From contig JBFWNS010000002.1 of the NCBI GenBank assembly GCA_050250935.1, forward strand, positions 134,433-198,432: a DNA stretch of 64,000 nt, in the 5' to 3' direction. The notes under the pieces are model-generated. The model saw only the letters and a list, made by a program, of their open reading frames with translations, was not told the DNA's origin and made no database searches. Shown piece by piece: positions 36,603 to 46,654 of this stretch; positions within the stretch are counted from its first letter, which is position 1, and the number at the start of each line of letters is the position of its first letter. Source of the DNA: Candidatus Margulisiibacteriota bacterium. GTDB taxonomy: Bacteria; Margulisbacteria; Marinamargulisbacteria; JBFWNS01. The translations under genes and the position numbers were made by a program.

Positions 36603-37406
36603 CTAGCGATTAAGCAAATAGGCGTCTGAAAAACCCCAAGCTTTGACTCTGGCCAAATCGCCGGCCGCTGCTTGAGAAGACGGGTATGCCCCGGCTTGGA
36701 CCCGATAGACCGTGACCCCATTGACGGTATCTTTCCAGACATAGGGAACTCGGCCATGGGCTTGGAGCTGTTTTGTTACGGCGTCTGCATTGGCAGGGTT
36801 GGCAAAGGTGCCCACGATCAATTTATACGTTAAGGGCTGAGTGGCAACCGGACGAGGCGTAGGGGCTACGGATCGTGGAGCGACCACTGTTGCCTTGGGC
36901 TTATAACTGATGTTTACGCCTGCCTGATGAACTGGTTTTTCGGCCTTAACGTCTGCCTTATCAACCGATTTTGCTTTGAGGTCTGGCTTGGGTTGCTCGG
37001 CTTTGGCCACAGGTTTTACACCTTGTTTTTCGGGTTTAGACGTTTGTTTTTCTGCCGCTTTAATTTCTGGCTTAGGCGTTGTTTTTTCGATTTTTGTTTC
37101 TTGAATTTGAGTTTCTTGAGTCGGTTGAACCTCTTCGGTGATGGCTTCTTGAGCAATTTCGGTATTTTCGCTGACTTCTTTGGTGATATCCACAAATTCA
37201 ACCGTGGTTTCTTTGGGCTTAAAGACTTTTTTGCTGAGGTTAAAACCAAGAACCAGTAACACAAAAATGACCAACAAAATCAGAATCAAAGACAGGGATG
37301 CCTTTTTTAGGCTAAATTCGTGGGTTTCTCGCTCTCGCAACAGATCGCCCAGGCCATCGTTAAATTCTAAATCGTCACGGTCAAAAGGGTGCTTATCCAA
37401 GGCCAT
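36603..37406 (-). CDS. SPOR domain cell-division protein
   Basis: Single TM segment, Lys/Glu/Pro-rich linker, C-terminal VGTF...NA...YRVQAGAY SPOR motif. Confidence 0.85.
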   Translation of the reverse strand: MALDKHPFDRDDLEFNDGLGDLLRERETHEFSLKKASLSLILILLVIFVLLVLGFNLSKKVFKPKETTVEFVDITKEVSENTEIAQEAITEEVQPTQETQIQETKIEKTTPKPEIKAAEKQTSKPEKQGVKPVAKAEQPKPDLKAKSVDKADVKAEKPVHQAGVNISYKPKATVVAPRSVAPTPRPVATQPLTYKLIVGTFANPANADAVTKQLQAHGRVPYVWKDTVNGVTVYRVQAGAYPSSQAAAGDLARVKAWGFSDAYLLNR

Positions 37407-37506
37407 GCCTCCATAGGGGGAATTGGGGGTATCATACCAAAAGTCCTTGCCCACGTAAAAGCAAATCTCGACAAGGCTGGGTTGGGTATCGTTAAATAGA
37501 GGCATC

Positions 37507-38811
37507 ATGATACTGTTTAAAGGCGTTACCCTTGTTTTGCCCGAGGGCATTCGCAATGGCGATTTGCTGGTTGAAAACGGCAAAATCAAGGCCATTGGTC
37601 CCAGCTTGCCCGAGCATGCCCAAACCATCATTAAAGACAAAGGGTTGACCTTAATGGCTGGGGTGATTGATCCCCACGTTCATTTTCGCGATCCTGGAGC
37701 CCCGCATAAAGAAGATCTGGAATCGGGGTCCATGGCCGCAGCAGCTGGCGGTGTCACCAGTTTTTTTGACATGCCCAACACCAATCCTCCGGCAGTAACC
37801 ACTGCTACCATTGCTCAAAAAAAAGCCATTGCTGCTCAAAAATCGTTGGTGAATTACAATTTTTATATCGGGGCCACCCAAGATAATTTGGAGGACCTGC
37901 TTCAGACCCCCAATGTGCCAGGCATTAAGTTGTTTGTTGGATCAACAACGGGGAATATGTTGGTGGATGATCCCGACATTTTGGACCGAATTTTCAGAAC
38001 TGGCTCCAGGCTGATCGCGGTTCACAGCGAAGACGAACCCACAGTCTTGGCCAACAAAGCCCGATACGAAGGCTCGACCAACCCCGCCGATCACGCCAAC
38101 ATTCGAAGCCCAGAAGCCGCCCTGATTTGCACCCAAAAACTGGTTGCTTTGGCCGAAAAATACCAGCGCCGCCTGCACATTTGCCACCTGACCACCGAAG
38201 AAGAAGCCCGGTATTTGGCCCAACACAAACCGCCTTTTGTGACCACAGAATTGTGCTTGCAACACGGTTTTTTACACGGACCCGAGATTTATGAAAAATA
38301 TGGTTGTTTTGCCCAGATTAATCCCCCACTTCGGGACAAGCGACACGGCGAAACCTTGTGGCAGGCGTTGGTCAACGGCGTCATCGACTGTGTGGCCACC
38401 GACCATGCCCCCCATACGATCGAAGAAAAGCAAAAACCGTTTGGCCAAGCGCCTTCTGGCATGCCAGGCGTGGAAACCTCGTTACCCTTGTTGTTAACCC
38501 AAGTTGCCCAACACCGGTGCAGCTTGGAACAGGCGTCAAGGTGGTTGTCGGCAAAGCCAGCCGAGCTGTTTAAGATTCATAACAAAGGCGAATTGCGGGT
38601 GGGTTTTGATGCAGACCTGGCCCTGGTGGATCTGAACGCCACCTACAAAATCGAGGCCAAAAATCTCCACTCCAAATGCGGATGGACAGCCTTTGAAGAT
38701 TGGACTGTCACCGGAAAACCCATTGCCACCGTGGTGAATGGACATTTTGTTTACCGCGAAGGCGACTTTTTTAAGGACCAAAAAGGCCAAGAAATCATCA
38801 TTAAGGAGTAA
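37507..38811 (+). CDS. pyrC: Dihydroorotase (multifunctional-complex type)
   Basis: [24 protein letters not shown] and ATDHAPH motifs. Confidence 0.92.
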   Translation: MILFKGVTLVLPEGIRNGDLLVENGKIKAIGPSLPEHAQTIIKDKGLTLMAGVIDPHVHFRDPGAPHKEDLESGSMAAAAGGVTSFFDMPNTNPPAVTTATIAQKKAIAAQKSLVNYNFYIGATQDNLEDLLQTPNVPGIKLFVGSTTGNMLVDDPDILDRIFRTGSRLIAVHSEDEPTVLANKARYEGSTNPADHANIRSPEAALICTQKLVALAEKYQRRLHICHLTTEEEARYLAQHKPPFVTTELCLQHGFLHGPEIYEKYGCFAQINPPLRDKRHGETLWQALVNGVIDCVATDHAPHTIEEKQKPFGQAPSGMPGVETSLPLLLTQVAQHRCSLEQASRWLSAKPAELFKIHNKGELRVGFDADLALVDLNATYKIEAKNLHSKCGWTAFEDWTVTGKPIATVVNGHFVYREGDFFKDQKGQEIIIKE

Positions 38812-38815
38812 GGGT

Positions 38816-40813
38816 ATGAGCATTGAAACCTTGTCGCATGAAAACCGTGTTTTTGAGGCATCGGCAACGTTTAAAGCTCAGGCCAACCTCCAAGATGGGG
38901 CGCTTTATAACCAAGCCAAAACCGACCGATTGGGATTTTGGGAAGACCGGGCCAAAGAATTGCGCTGGATGCAGCCTTGGCACACGGTTTTAGACTGGCA
39001 ACGCCCCTACGCCAAATGGTTTGTGGGTGGAAAACTCAATGCCTCGGCCAATTGTTTGGATGTGCATTTGGAAAGCCGTGCCACCAAACCCGCCCTGGTC
39101 TGGGAAGGCGAACCCGGCGACACCCAAACCCTGACCTATGCCGAACTTCACCAGCAGGTAACTGAGCTAAGCTATCAGCTGAAGCATCGGTTTGGTGTTC
39201 AAAAAGGCCATCGGGTAACGTTGTACCTGCCCCTGGTTCCCGAATTGGTGGTTGCCGTTTTGGCCTGTGCCCGAATTGGTGCCATTCACAGCGTGGTGTT
39301 TGGGGGATTCAGCGCCCAATCGCTTAAAGACCGCATTCTGGACTCCGGCTCTGAACTTTTGATTACGGCCGATGGCGGCTACAGGCGCGGCGGCATTGTG
39401 AATTTAAAAGAGATTGCCGACGCTGCTTTGGACAAAAACGATACGCCTGTCAAAAACGTTTTGGTGCTCAATCGTGTTCAAAAACGAGACGCCAATTTTT
39501 CTATAAACTGGATTAACGGCCGAGACCACGACTATGGCACGGTGATGGCTGAAGCTTTAGGAAAACAGTGCGAACCCGAAGCCATGGACAGCGAAGACAC
39601 CCTTTTTATTTTGTACACGTCTGGTACCACCGGAAAACCCAAAGGCATCATGCACAGCACGGGTGGCTATTTAACCCATGCCCACTACTCCACCAAAGCC
39701 GTTTTCGACCTCAAAGACAGCGATGTCTATTGGTGCACAGCCGATGTGGGTTGGATTACGGGGCACAGTTATGTGGTGTATGGTCCTTTGTCGAATGGGG
39801 CCACGGTATTTTTGTATGAAGGCGCCCCCGATTTTCCCGATAAAGATCGGTTTTGGGAGCTGATTGCCAAATACAAGATCAGCATTTTTTACACGGCCCC
39901 AACGGCCATTCGGGCCTTTATGAAATGGGGAACCGAGCTGCCGGCCCGTCATAATTTAAGTTCTTTGCGGCTGTTGGGAACGGTGGGAGAACCGATTAAC
40001 CCCGAGGCCTGGGTTTGGTATCACCAACACATTGGCGGGGGCCGTTGCCCGATTGTGGACACCTGGTGGCAAACCGAAACCGGCGGCATTATGATTTCCA
40101 ATTTGCCCGCGTTAAATCCCATGAAACCTGGTTATGCAGGGCTTCCTTTGCCCGGGATATCGGCTCAGATTTTAGAAACAGATGGGCGTCCGTTAAGTAC
40201 AGGCGGTGGGCTTCTATCTCTGACTGAACCGTGGCCGTCGATGCTGAGGGGCATTTGGGGAGACCCTGCCCGCTATGAAGACGTGTATTGGAGCCAATTC
40301 GAGACTTACTTTGCCGGCGACGGCGCCACCGTGGACGAAGATGGCTATTTTATGGTCTTGGGCCGGGTCGACGATGTCTTAAACGTGGCCGGACACCGCA
40401 TAGGCACCATGGAAGTGGAAAGCGCCTTGGTCGATCATGCCAGCGTGGCCGAAGCTGCCGTTGTGGGACGGGCAGATGATCTTAAGGGCCAAGCCATTGT
40501 GGCTTTTGTGATTTTAAAAGAATCGGCCATTTCTTCGCCAGCGCTCAAAAAAGAACTCATCGCCCATGTTGGGACTGTGATTGGGGCCATCGCCAAACCC
40601 GCCGATGTGGTATTCACCCCAGAACTGCCCAAAACCCGTAGTGGCAAAATCATGCGCCGGTTGCTTAAAGACATTGTTGCGGGCAACCCTTTGGGGGACA
40701 CCACGACCTTGGCCAACCCAGCTATTGTTTCAGAGATTGCAGACCTGTATCGGACAGGGTGTTTGGAGCGGGAAAAGGGACTCGAACCCTCGACATCAAG
40801 CTTGGAAGGCTAG
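38816..40813 (+). CDS. acs: Acetate--CoA ligase
   Basis: [30 protein letters not shown] and [12 protein letters not shown] motifs; start ATG 38816. Confidence 0.97.
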   Translation: MSIETLSHENRVFEASATFKAQANLQDGALYNQAKTDRLGFWEDRAKELRWMQPWHTVLDWQRPYAKWFVGGKLNASANCLDVHLESRATKPALVWEGEPGDTQTLTYAELHQQVTELSYQLKHRFGVQKGHRVTLYLPLVPELVVAVLACARIGAIHSVVFGGFSAQSLKDRILDSGSELLITADGGYRRGGIVNLKEIADAALDKNDTPVKNVLVLNRVQKRDANFSINWINGRDHDYGTVMAEALGKQCEPEAMDSEDTLFILYTSGTTGKPKGIMHSTGGYLTHAHYSTKAVFDLKDSDVYWCTADVGWITGHSYVVYGPLSNGATVFLYEGAPDFPDKDRFWELIAKYKISIFYTAPTAIRAFMKWGTELPARHNLSSLRLLGTVGEPINPEAWVWYHQHIGGGRCPIVDTWWQTETGGIMISNLPALNPMKPGYAGLPLPGISAQILETDGRPLSTGGGLLSLTEPWPSMLRGIWGDPARYEDVYWSQFETYFAGDGATVDEDGYFMVLGRVDDVLNVAGHRIGTMEVESALVDHASVAEAAVVGRADDLKGQAIVAFVILKESAISSPALKKELIAHVGTVIGAIAKPADVVFTPELPKTRSGKIMRRLLKDIVAGNPLGDTTTLANPAIVSEIADLYRTGCLEREKGLEPSTSSLEG

Positions 40814-40839
40814 CGCTCTACCAACTGAGCTATTCCCGC
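40764..40839 (-). tRNA. tRNA-Gly (TCC)
   Basis: GCGGGAATAGCTCAGTTGGTAGAGCGCTAGCCTTCCAAGCTTGATGTCGAGGGTTCGAGTCCCTTTTCCCGCTCCA: 76 nt, D and T arms, anticodon TCC, encoded CCA. Confidence 0.95.
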
Positions 40840-40929
40840 TCGTAAGTGCGGTCAATCCTAGCAAAGAACGGGGAACAAAACAAGGCTCCGGCCTTCAAAA
40901 ATACGGCCAATTGGGCTATCCTAGAGGCC

Positions 40930-41685
40930 ATGTATCCAGAGCTCAACGGAAAAGTTGCCTTAATTACCGGCGCCAGTCGCGGGTTTGGCCGTGCGATTGC
41001 GTTGCGATTGGTTCAAGAAGGCTGCCACATCGTGGTGAACTACCGTCGCTCTAAAACCGAAGCCGAAGGGGTTTATGCCGAGATTTTGGCCATGGGTGGA
41101 ACCGCTACTTTGGTGCGGGCCGACATGGGTGATGAGGATAAAATCAAGGCCATGTTTGAACAAATTAAGGCCGAGGTTGGCCGCGTTGATATTGTGGTTC
41201 CCAATGCCTCGTTTGGGATTCCCGGGCAGGCCATGAATGCCACCACCCGCTATTGGGATGTCACCATGGATGCCACCGCCAAATCGCTGTTGGTGTTGGC
41301 CCAGCAAGCTGTGCCATTGATGCAAAATTGGGGCCGAATCATCACCGTGACCAGCTATGGGGGTCAGCGGGTGTTGGACGGGTATGGGGTCGTTGGACCT
41401 GCCAAGGCTGCTGTTGAAGGACTCACCCGAACCTTGGCTGTGGAACTGGCCCCAAAAAATATTATTGTTAACGGTGTTATGCCTGGATTGGCGGACACCA
41501 AATCGTTTCGCGCCATTCCAGGTGCCGACGAAGCCTTGGCCCGTGTGGCTAGCAATACCCCCGCAGGTCGGGTGGTTTCGCCCGAAGAAGTGGCCAATAC
41601 CGTGGCCTTTTTGGCCTCCGATCAAGCCGCCATGATCGTGGGACAATTTATTATTATCGATGGCGGCGCATTTATTGTTGGTTAA
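40930..41685 (+). CDS. SDR oxidoreductase, FabL-like enoyl-ACP reductase
   Basis: TGASRGFG; Y-x6-K motif (YGVVGPAK); LAVELAP. Confidence 0.8.
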   Translation: MYPELNGKVALITGASRGFGRAIALRLVQEGCHIVVNYRRSKTEAEGVYAEILAMGGTATLVRADMGDEDKIKAMFEQIKAEVGRVDIVVPNASFGIPGQAMNATTRYWDVTMDATAKSLLVLAQQAVPLMQNWGRIITVTSYGGQRVLDGYGVVGPAKAAVEGLTRTLAVELAPKNIIVNGVMPGLADTKSFRAIPGADEALARVASNTPAGRVVSPEEVANTVAFLASDQAAMIVGQFIIIDGGAFIVG

Positions 41686-41700
41686 CAAAGGAGAACAACC

Positions 41701-42081
41701 ATGATTCCAGCTCAATTATATTACACCGAAGACCACGAATGGGTTCGGGTTGAAGGCGACATCGCCACCGTTGGTATTACCGATCACGCTGTTAAAGAAC
41801 TCGGCGATATTGTGTTTGTCGATCTTCCCGAAGTCGGCAGCCAAATCGAGCAAATGGCCGAGTTTGGATCTGTGGAATCGGTTAAAACCGTTTCTGGCCT
41901 TTTCTTGCCCGTCAGCGGAGAAGTGGTTGCGGTGAACGCCGATGCCCTGTCTGAACCTGCTGTTTTAAACGATTCTCCTTACGAAGATGGTTGGTTGATT
42001 CAGGTTCGCATGGCCGATCCCAAAGAGCTTGAAGATCTGCTCTCGGCTGCCGATTACAAAACCCACCTCGAATCCCTTTAA
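41701..42081 (+). CDS. gcvH: Glycine cleavage system H protein
   Basis: YTEDHEW, VGITDHA and VESVKTV (lipoyl lysine). Confidence 0.97.
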   Translation: MIPAQLYYTEDHEWVRVEGDIATVGITDHAVKELGDIVFVDLPEVGSQIEQMAEFGSVESVKTVSGLFLPVSGEVVAVNADALSEPAVLNDSPYEDGWLIQVRMADPKELEDLLSAADYKTHLESL

Positions 42082-42095
42082 TCCGGAGTACTTTT

Positions 42096-44933
42096 ATGAT
42101 TCCTTTCTCTTCCCGTCATATCGGCCCCGATGCGGCCGAACAAGCCGTTATGCTGTCTGCCTTGGGCGTTTCTTCTCTGGATGAATTGATTACCCAAACA
42201 GTTCCGAACGACATTCGACTCAACCACCCTTTAAACCTTCATCACCCCGAAACCGAAGCCTCGATGTTGAAAAAACTTCATCAGATTGCGGCTCAAAACA
42301 AACAAACCTTGACCGTAATTGGACAAGGCTATTACGGCACCCACACCCCCTCTGTGATTTTGCGAAATGTCTTGGAAAACCCAGGCTGGTATACCCAATA
42401 TACCCCCTACCAAGCCGAAATTTCTCAAGGTCGCTTGGAAGCTCTGCTGAATTTCCAAACCATGGTATCGGATTTAACCGGATTGCCCGTGGCCAACGCC
42501 TCGTTGTTGGACGAAGGGACAGCAGCCGCAGAAGCCATGACGGTTTTTTGGCGGTCTAAACCCAAATCCAAAAGCGGTGCCACCCATTTTTTTGTTTCCG
42601 AAACCTGCTTTGAACAAACCAAAGCCGTGCTACAAGGTCGGGCCGAACCGCTTGGCATTACCTTGGTGGTTGGGAATCCCAACACCTTTGTGCCAGACGC
42701 CTCGTTTTTTGGGGCTTTGATTCAATATCCCGATGCCACAGGCGATTGCCAAGACTGGCAAGCCTGGACCAGCCGCTGCCACGAAGCCGAAATTTTTGTG
42801 GCCGTTGCCACCGATTTAATGGCCTTGGCCCTGTTAACACCACCCGGCGAATGGGGAGCAGACATTGCCTTTGGGAATTCCCAACGGTTTGGGGTTCCGC
42901 TTGGATTTGGTGGGCCTCATGCTGCTTTTTTTGCCGTTAAAGAAACCTTTCAACGCCAAATCCCAGGTCGCATTATCGGTCTTTCCAAAGACCGATTTGG
43001 CAACCCCGCCTATCGCATGGCCCTTCAGACCCGGGAACAACACATTCGTCGGGAAAAAGCGACTTCGAACATTTGTACAGCCCAAGCCCTTTTGGCCATT
43101 ATGGCGGGGATGTATGCGGTGTATCACGGACCTGTGGGTATTAAGGCCATTGCGTCGGCCATTCATGAGCGGGCTCGGGCTGTTGCTGCGGTTGCCCAAG
43201 GCCTGGGATACATCCGGGTGAACACCCATGCGTTTGATACGGTCACGCTTGAACTCGCCTCTCAACCCCAACGGTTGGCCCGCCTGCAAGCCCTTCAAGG
43301 CCCCATGGGCATTACCCTGGGCCAAGCTGGAACCCGGATTTGGATTTCCGTCGACGAGACCACGGACGAAGCCGATTTGGCGGCCCTGGAATCGATTTTG
43401 ACCCGAGCTACAGACACCTCCAAAACCCCAACCGACTTGCCCACCCTGCTGCCAACCGCCCTGGCCCGGACCAGCGCCTTTTTAACCCACCCTGCCTTTA
43501 CATCCCACCACAGCGAAACCGAAATGATGCGCTACATTAAAAATTTGGAACGCAAAGATTTGTCCCTAACCTCGGCCATGATCCCCCTTGGATCTTGTAC
43601 CATGAAACTCAACGCCGCCACAGAACTGCTGCCCTTAAGTTGGCCAGCCTTTTCAACCTTGCATCCTTTTGTTCCAGCCGCTTTGGCCGGTGGCTATCAC
43701 ACCCTGATTCGTGAACTGGAACAAGCGCTGGGTGCCATCACCGGACTGCCTGGGGTTTCCCTACAACCCAACTCGGGTGCACAAGGCGAGTACGCAGGCT
43801 TAATGGTCATTCGGGCCTATCATCGCCATCACGGACAACCCGAACGTACCGTTGTTTTAATTCCCGCCTCGGCCCACGGTACCAATCCCGCCAGTGCAGC
43901 CTTGGCCGGTATGGACATCGTTGTGGTTGCCTGTCTGGAACATGGGGATGTGGATATGGCCGATCTGGACGCCAAAATTGCCCAACACCGGTCCCGTCTG
44001 GCAGCGCTGATGATTACCTACCCTTCCACCCACGGCGTCTTTGAACCCGGTATTCAAAGCATTTGTAAGCGTATTCATGATGCCGGCGGCTTGGTGTATA
44101 TGGACGGGGCCAACATGAATGCCCAAGTGGGACTCACCTCTCCGGCTTCGATTGGTGCCGATGTCTGTCATTTGAACCTGCATAAAACGTTTGCCATTCC
44201 CCACGGGGGGGGCGGCCCGGGCATGGGCCCGATTTGTGTCCGCGCCGATTTGACACCGTTTTTGCCGTCTCATCCGTTCGCGGACACAAACGAAACCGGC
44301 GTGGCGCCGGTTTCGGCCGCCCCCTGGGGTAGCGCCAGTATCCTGCTCATCTCTTATGTCTATATTTCTCTGATGGGATCCGAGGGACTGACCTTGGCCA
44401 CGCAAACCGCCATTTTAAATGCGAACTACATCAAAACCCGCCTCGAGGCTCACTATCCAGTGCTGTTTGTCGGCGAACAAGGTCGCGTGGCCCACGAACT
44501 GATTTTGGATTTTAGAGACCTTAAAAAACAATCGGGTATCGATGTCGAAGACGTGGCCAAACGGTTGATGGACTATGGCTTCCACGCCCCCACCATGTCT
44601 TTTCCGGTGGCCGGCACACTGATGATCGAGCCCACCGAAAGCGAAAGCCTGGCAGAAATCGACCGCTTTTGCGCAGCCATGATTGCCATTCGGGCCGAAA
44701 TTCAAGCCGTTATCGATGCCCCAGCAACCCGGGACACCTGCCCCCTAAAAATGGCCCCCCACCCCACCACCGATTTGCTAAATTGGACCCATCCCTACAC
44801 CCAAGCCCAAGCCTTTTTTCCTTTGGGGACTTTGGCAGATAAATTTTGGCCGTCTGTGGGGCGCATCGACAATGCCCACGGCGACCGAAACCTGATCTGT
44901 ACCTGCCCACCGGTTTCGGCGTATACGGCTTAG
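42096..44933 (+). CDS. gcvP: Glycine dehydrogenase (decarboxylating), single-chain
   Basis: YTPYQAEISQGRLE, EQHIRREKATSNICT and HLNLHKTF.IPHGGGGPG motifs. Confidence 0.98.
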   Translation: MIPFSSRHIGPDAAEQAVMLSALGVSSLDELITQTVPNDIRLNHPLNLHHPETEASMLKKLHQIAAQNKQTLTVIGQGYYGTHTPSVILRNVLENPGWYTQYTPYQAEISQGRLEALLNFQTMVSDLTGLPVANASLLDEGTAAAEAMTVFWRSKPKSKSGATHFFVSETCFEQTKAVLQGRAEPLGITLVVGNPNTFVPDASFFGALIQYPDATGDCQDWQAWTSRCHEAEIFVAVATDLMALALLTPPGEWGADIAFGNSQRFGVPLGFGGPHAAFFAVKETFQRQIPGRIIGLSKDRFGNPAYRMALQTREQHIRREKATSNICTAQALLAIMAGMYAVYHGPVGIKAIASAIHERARAVAAVAQGLGYIRVNTHAFDTVTLELASQPQRLARLQALQGPMGITLGQAGTRIWISVDETTDEADLAALESILTRATDTSKTPTDLPTLLPTALARTSAFLTHPAFTSHHSETEMMRYIKNLERKDLSLTSAMIPLGSCTMKLNAATELLPLSWPAFSTLHPFVPAALAGGYHTLIRELEQALGAITGLPGVSLQPNSGAQGEYAGLMVIRAYHRHHGQPERTVVLIPASAHGTNPASAALAGMDIVVVACLEHGDVDMADLDAKIAQHRSRLAALMITYPSTHGVFEPGIQSICKRIHDAGGLVYMDGANMNAQVGLTSPASIGADVCHLNLHKTFAIPHGGGGPGMGPICVRADLTPFLPSHPFADTNETGVAPVSAAPWGSASILLISYVYISLMGSEGLTLATQTAILNANYIKTRLEAHYPVLFVGEQGRVAHELILDFRDLKKQSGIDVEDVAKRLMDYGFHAPTMSFPVAGTLMIEPTESESLAEIDRFCAAMIAIRAEIQAVIDAPATRDTCPLKMAPHPTTDLLNWTHPYTQAQAFFPLGTLADKFWPSVGRIDNAHGDRNLICTCPPVSAYTA

Positions 44934-44963
44934 GGCCCTTGCATTTTGGTGTCCGATTGCTAG

Positions 44964-44990
44964 AATATGTATAAATAAACTATACATATT
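44964..44990. promoter_or_regulatory. Perfect inverted repeat, likely TA-operon operator
   Basis: AATATGTATA-N7-TATACATATT immediately upstream of the antitoxin RBS. Confidence 0.7.
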
Positions 44991-45002
44991 TAGGAGTTTT
45001 TC

Positions 45003-45248
45003 ATGCAAGCCTCCGTTGTAGAACTTAGAACCAAAATGAAAGACATTACACGGGCCCTGGAGCGCCACGAAACCGTTACCATTCTTAGCCATGGAAAACC
45101 CATTGGCCAATTAGAACCCTTTTCTGGTTCCGTTCAAAAAACCAATCAGAAAGTGGCAAGCCACTCCTATTTTGGATCCCTTGCCCAAACAACAGATTCC
45201 GTAGAGGCCATTATGGATAGGCTTCGTGGCAGCCGTTATGCTCTTTGA
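45003..45248 (+). CDS. Phd/YefM-family antitoxin
   Basis: ASVVELR...I..ALE..ETVTI..HGKP; overlaps the downstream PIN toxin. Confidence 0.85.
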   Translation: MQASVVELRTKMKDITRALERHETVTILSHGKPIGQLEPFSGSVQKTNQKVASHSYFGSLAQTTDSVEAIMDRLRGSRYAL

Positions 45249-45621
45249 TACGGACATTCTCATTTGGATTCAACGGGGTCACCTTGGGGCTGCTCGCTTG
45301 GTCGATAACGCTGAACACAGGTTCATTTCTATACAAACCTATATGGAACTGCTTCAATGTGCCCCTTCCAAAAAACACCTGCTGATCACAAAACAATTTT
45401 TGGCAGATTTTGAGTTTAAAATTCTGCCACTTACCGAAAATATTGGGCATCGGGCAGCCGTTTATATCGAAGAATACAGCCACAAGGCTGGGCTAAGAGC
45501 TGGAGACGCATTGATTGCGGCAACTGCTGTAGAAAATAATGTGATTCTTGCAACCAGCAATGCCAAACATTTTAGCCCAATTAAGCCGTTGTCTCTTGAA
45601 CTACTGCGGGTAGCTCCTTAA
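45238..45621 (+). CDS. vapC: VapC (PIN-domain) toxin
   Basis: LFDTDILI, MEL, DALIAATA and TSNAKHF motifs. Confidence 0.92.
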   Translation: MLFDTDILIWIQRGHLGAARLVDNAEHRFISIQTYMELLQCAPSKKHLLITKQFLADFEFKILPLTENIGHRAAVYIEEYSHKAGLRAGDALIAATAVENNVILATSNAKHFSPIKPLSLELLRVAP

Positions 45622-45869
45622 CTTTCTACCGGCAACCGCCGATGTGTCCCATCGCAAAACGGGGCATTGGCGGTGTGTTTGCAGTTGCACAAATACACCG
45701 ATTGGCGATCTTCAACAACAAATTTTTTGGGGACAAACGAGGTCCCAGCATGAGCGCCATCGCAAAATGGCTGTTTGGCGCTGCGCCCACAGCGGCAATA
45801 ATAGTAGGTACCTGGCTCTAAATTTACAGACACCGGACGGCGATCAAAAATAATGGGTTCTTCGCTCAT
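45618..45869 (-). CDS. CDGSH iron-sulfur domain protein (two motifs)
   Basis: CRCGRSAKQPFCDGAH and CNCKHTANAPFCDGTH. Confidence 0.93.
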   Translation of the reverse strand: MSEEPIIFDRRPVSVNLEPGTYYYCRCGRSAKQPFCDGAHAGTSFVPKKFVVEDRQSVYLCNCKHTANAPFCDGTHRRLPVES

Positions 45870-45917
45870 AAATATCCTTTTTTTCTGTCTCATGCTTTTC
45901 TCCAACAACCGCGCAGC

Positions 45918-45973
45918 GGGACCCCTTTGAACTTGCTTCAAAGGGGGTCCCCACAACGGCTCCGCCCGTTGTG
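45918..45973. other. Two adjacent GC-rich hairpins between phoU and the CDGSH gene
   Basis: GGGACCCCTTTGAA/TTCAAAGGGGGTCCC (45918-45951) and CACAACGG/CCGTTGTG (45952-45973). Confidence 0.7.
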
Positions 45974-45976
45974 ATT

Positions 45977-46630
45977 CTAATGACTAGAATGCCGAATGAT
46001 CTCGCCTTCTGCCATATAAATGACATCTTCTGCAACGTTGGTGGCGTGGTCGGCAATCCGTTCGAGATGGCGAGAAATGGACAACCAGTTCAGGTAGGTT
46101 TCGACTTTTTCGGGGTTCTTTTTAATCGCCAAAACCAGTTTTTCGCGACAATCGCTTTTGAGGTTATCGATTTCTTTATCCATCACACAAATGTTGCGGG
46201 CCAATTGGGTGTCGAGTTGAACCAAAGAATCCAAACTGAGCTTCAACATCCCTTTTACTTTTTCAATCATGATGGGAAAAAGTTGGGCTTCGGGAACAGG
46301 ATCTGTTACCAAAAAGGGGATTTTTTTGGCGATGTTAATGGCCAAATCCGAAATACGTTCCAAGTCGTTGGTGATTTTTAATACCGCAACAATAAAGCGC
46401 AGGTTAACGGCCACGGGCTGATACAGGGCCAGAATTTTCAAACATTCTTCTTCAACCGCAATTTCCATCATGTCCACTTCGTCGTCGGCTTTGATGACTT
46501 GATCGGCCAACTCGTTGTCCATGGTGGCCAAGGCTTTGGCCGACAATTGTAAATTTTCTTCAACCAAGGTGCTTAACACCAAAAACTTCTTTTTTAATTC
46601 TTCGATTTCACGTTCAAAATGGTTTCGCAT
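45977..46630 (-). CDS. phoU: Phosphate signalling protein PhoU
   Basis: LALYQPVA..LR, DLERISD and LERIADHATNVAE motifs. Confidence 0.96.
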   Translation of the reverse strand: MRNHFEREIEELKKKFLVLSTLVEENLQLSAKALATMDNELADQVIKADDEVDMMEIAVEEECLKILALYQPVAVNLRFIVAVLKITNDLERISDLAINIAKKIPFLVTDPVPEAQLFPIMIEKVKGMLKLSLDSLVQLDTQLARNICVMDKEIDNLKSDCREKLVLAIKKNPEKVETYLNWLSISRHLERIADHATNVAEDVIYMAEGEIIRHSSH

Positions 46631-46654
46631 AACCAACTCCTTCGGTCTGAATTT

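Noticed and set aside
41701..44933. gcvH-gcvP without gcvT; FabL-like and FabI reductases both present
   Set aside because: Split gcv loci and multiple enoyl reductases are common; the rest of the genome is not visible.
40764..45621. tRNA-anchored genomic island or prophage
   Set aside because: Flanking genes are housekeeping; no integrase, att duplication or phage genes. The fibre gene has a signal peptide and no phage neighbours.
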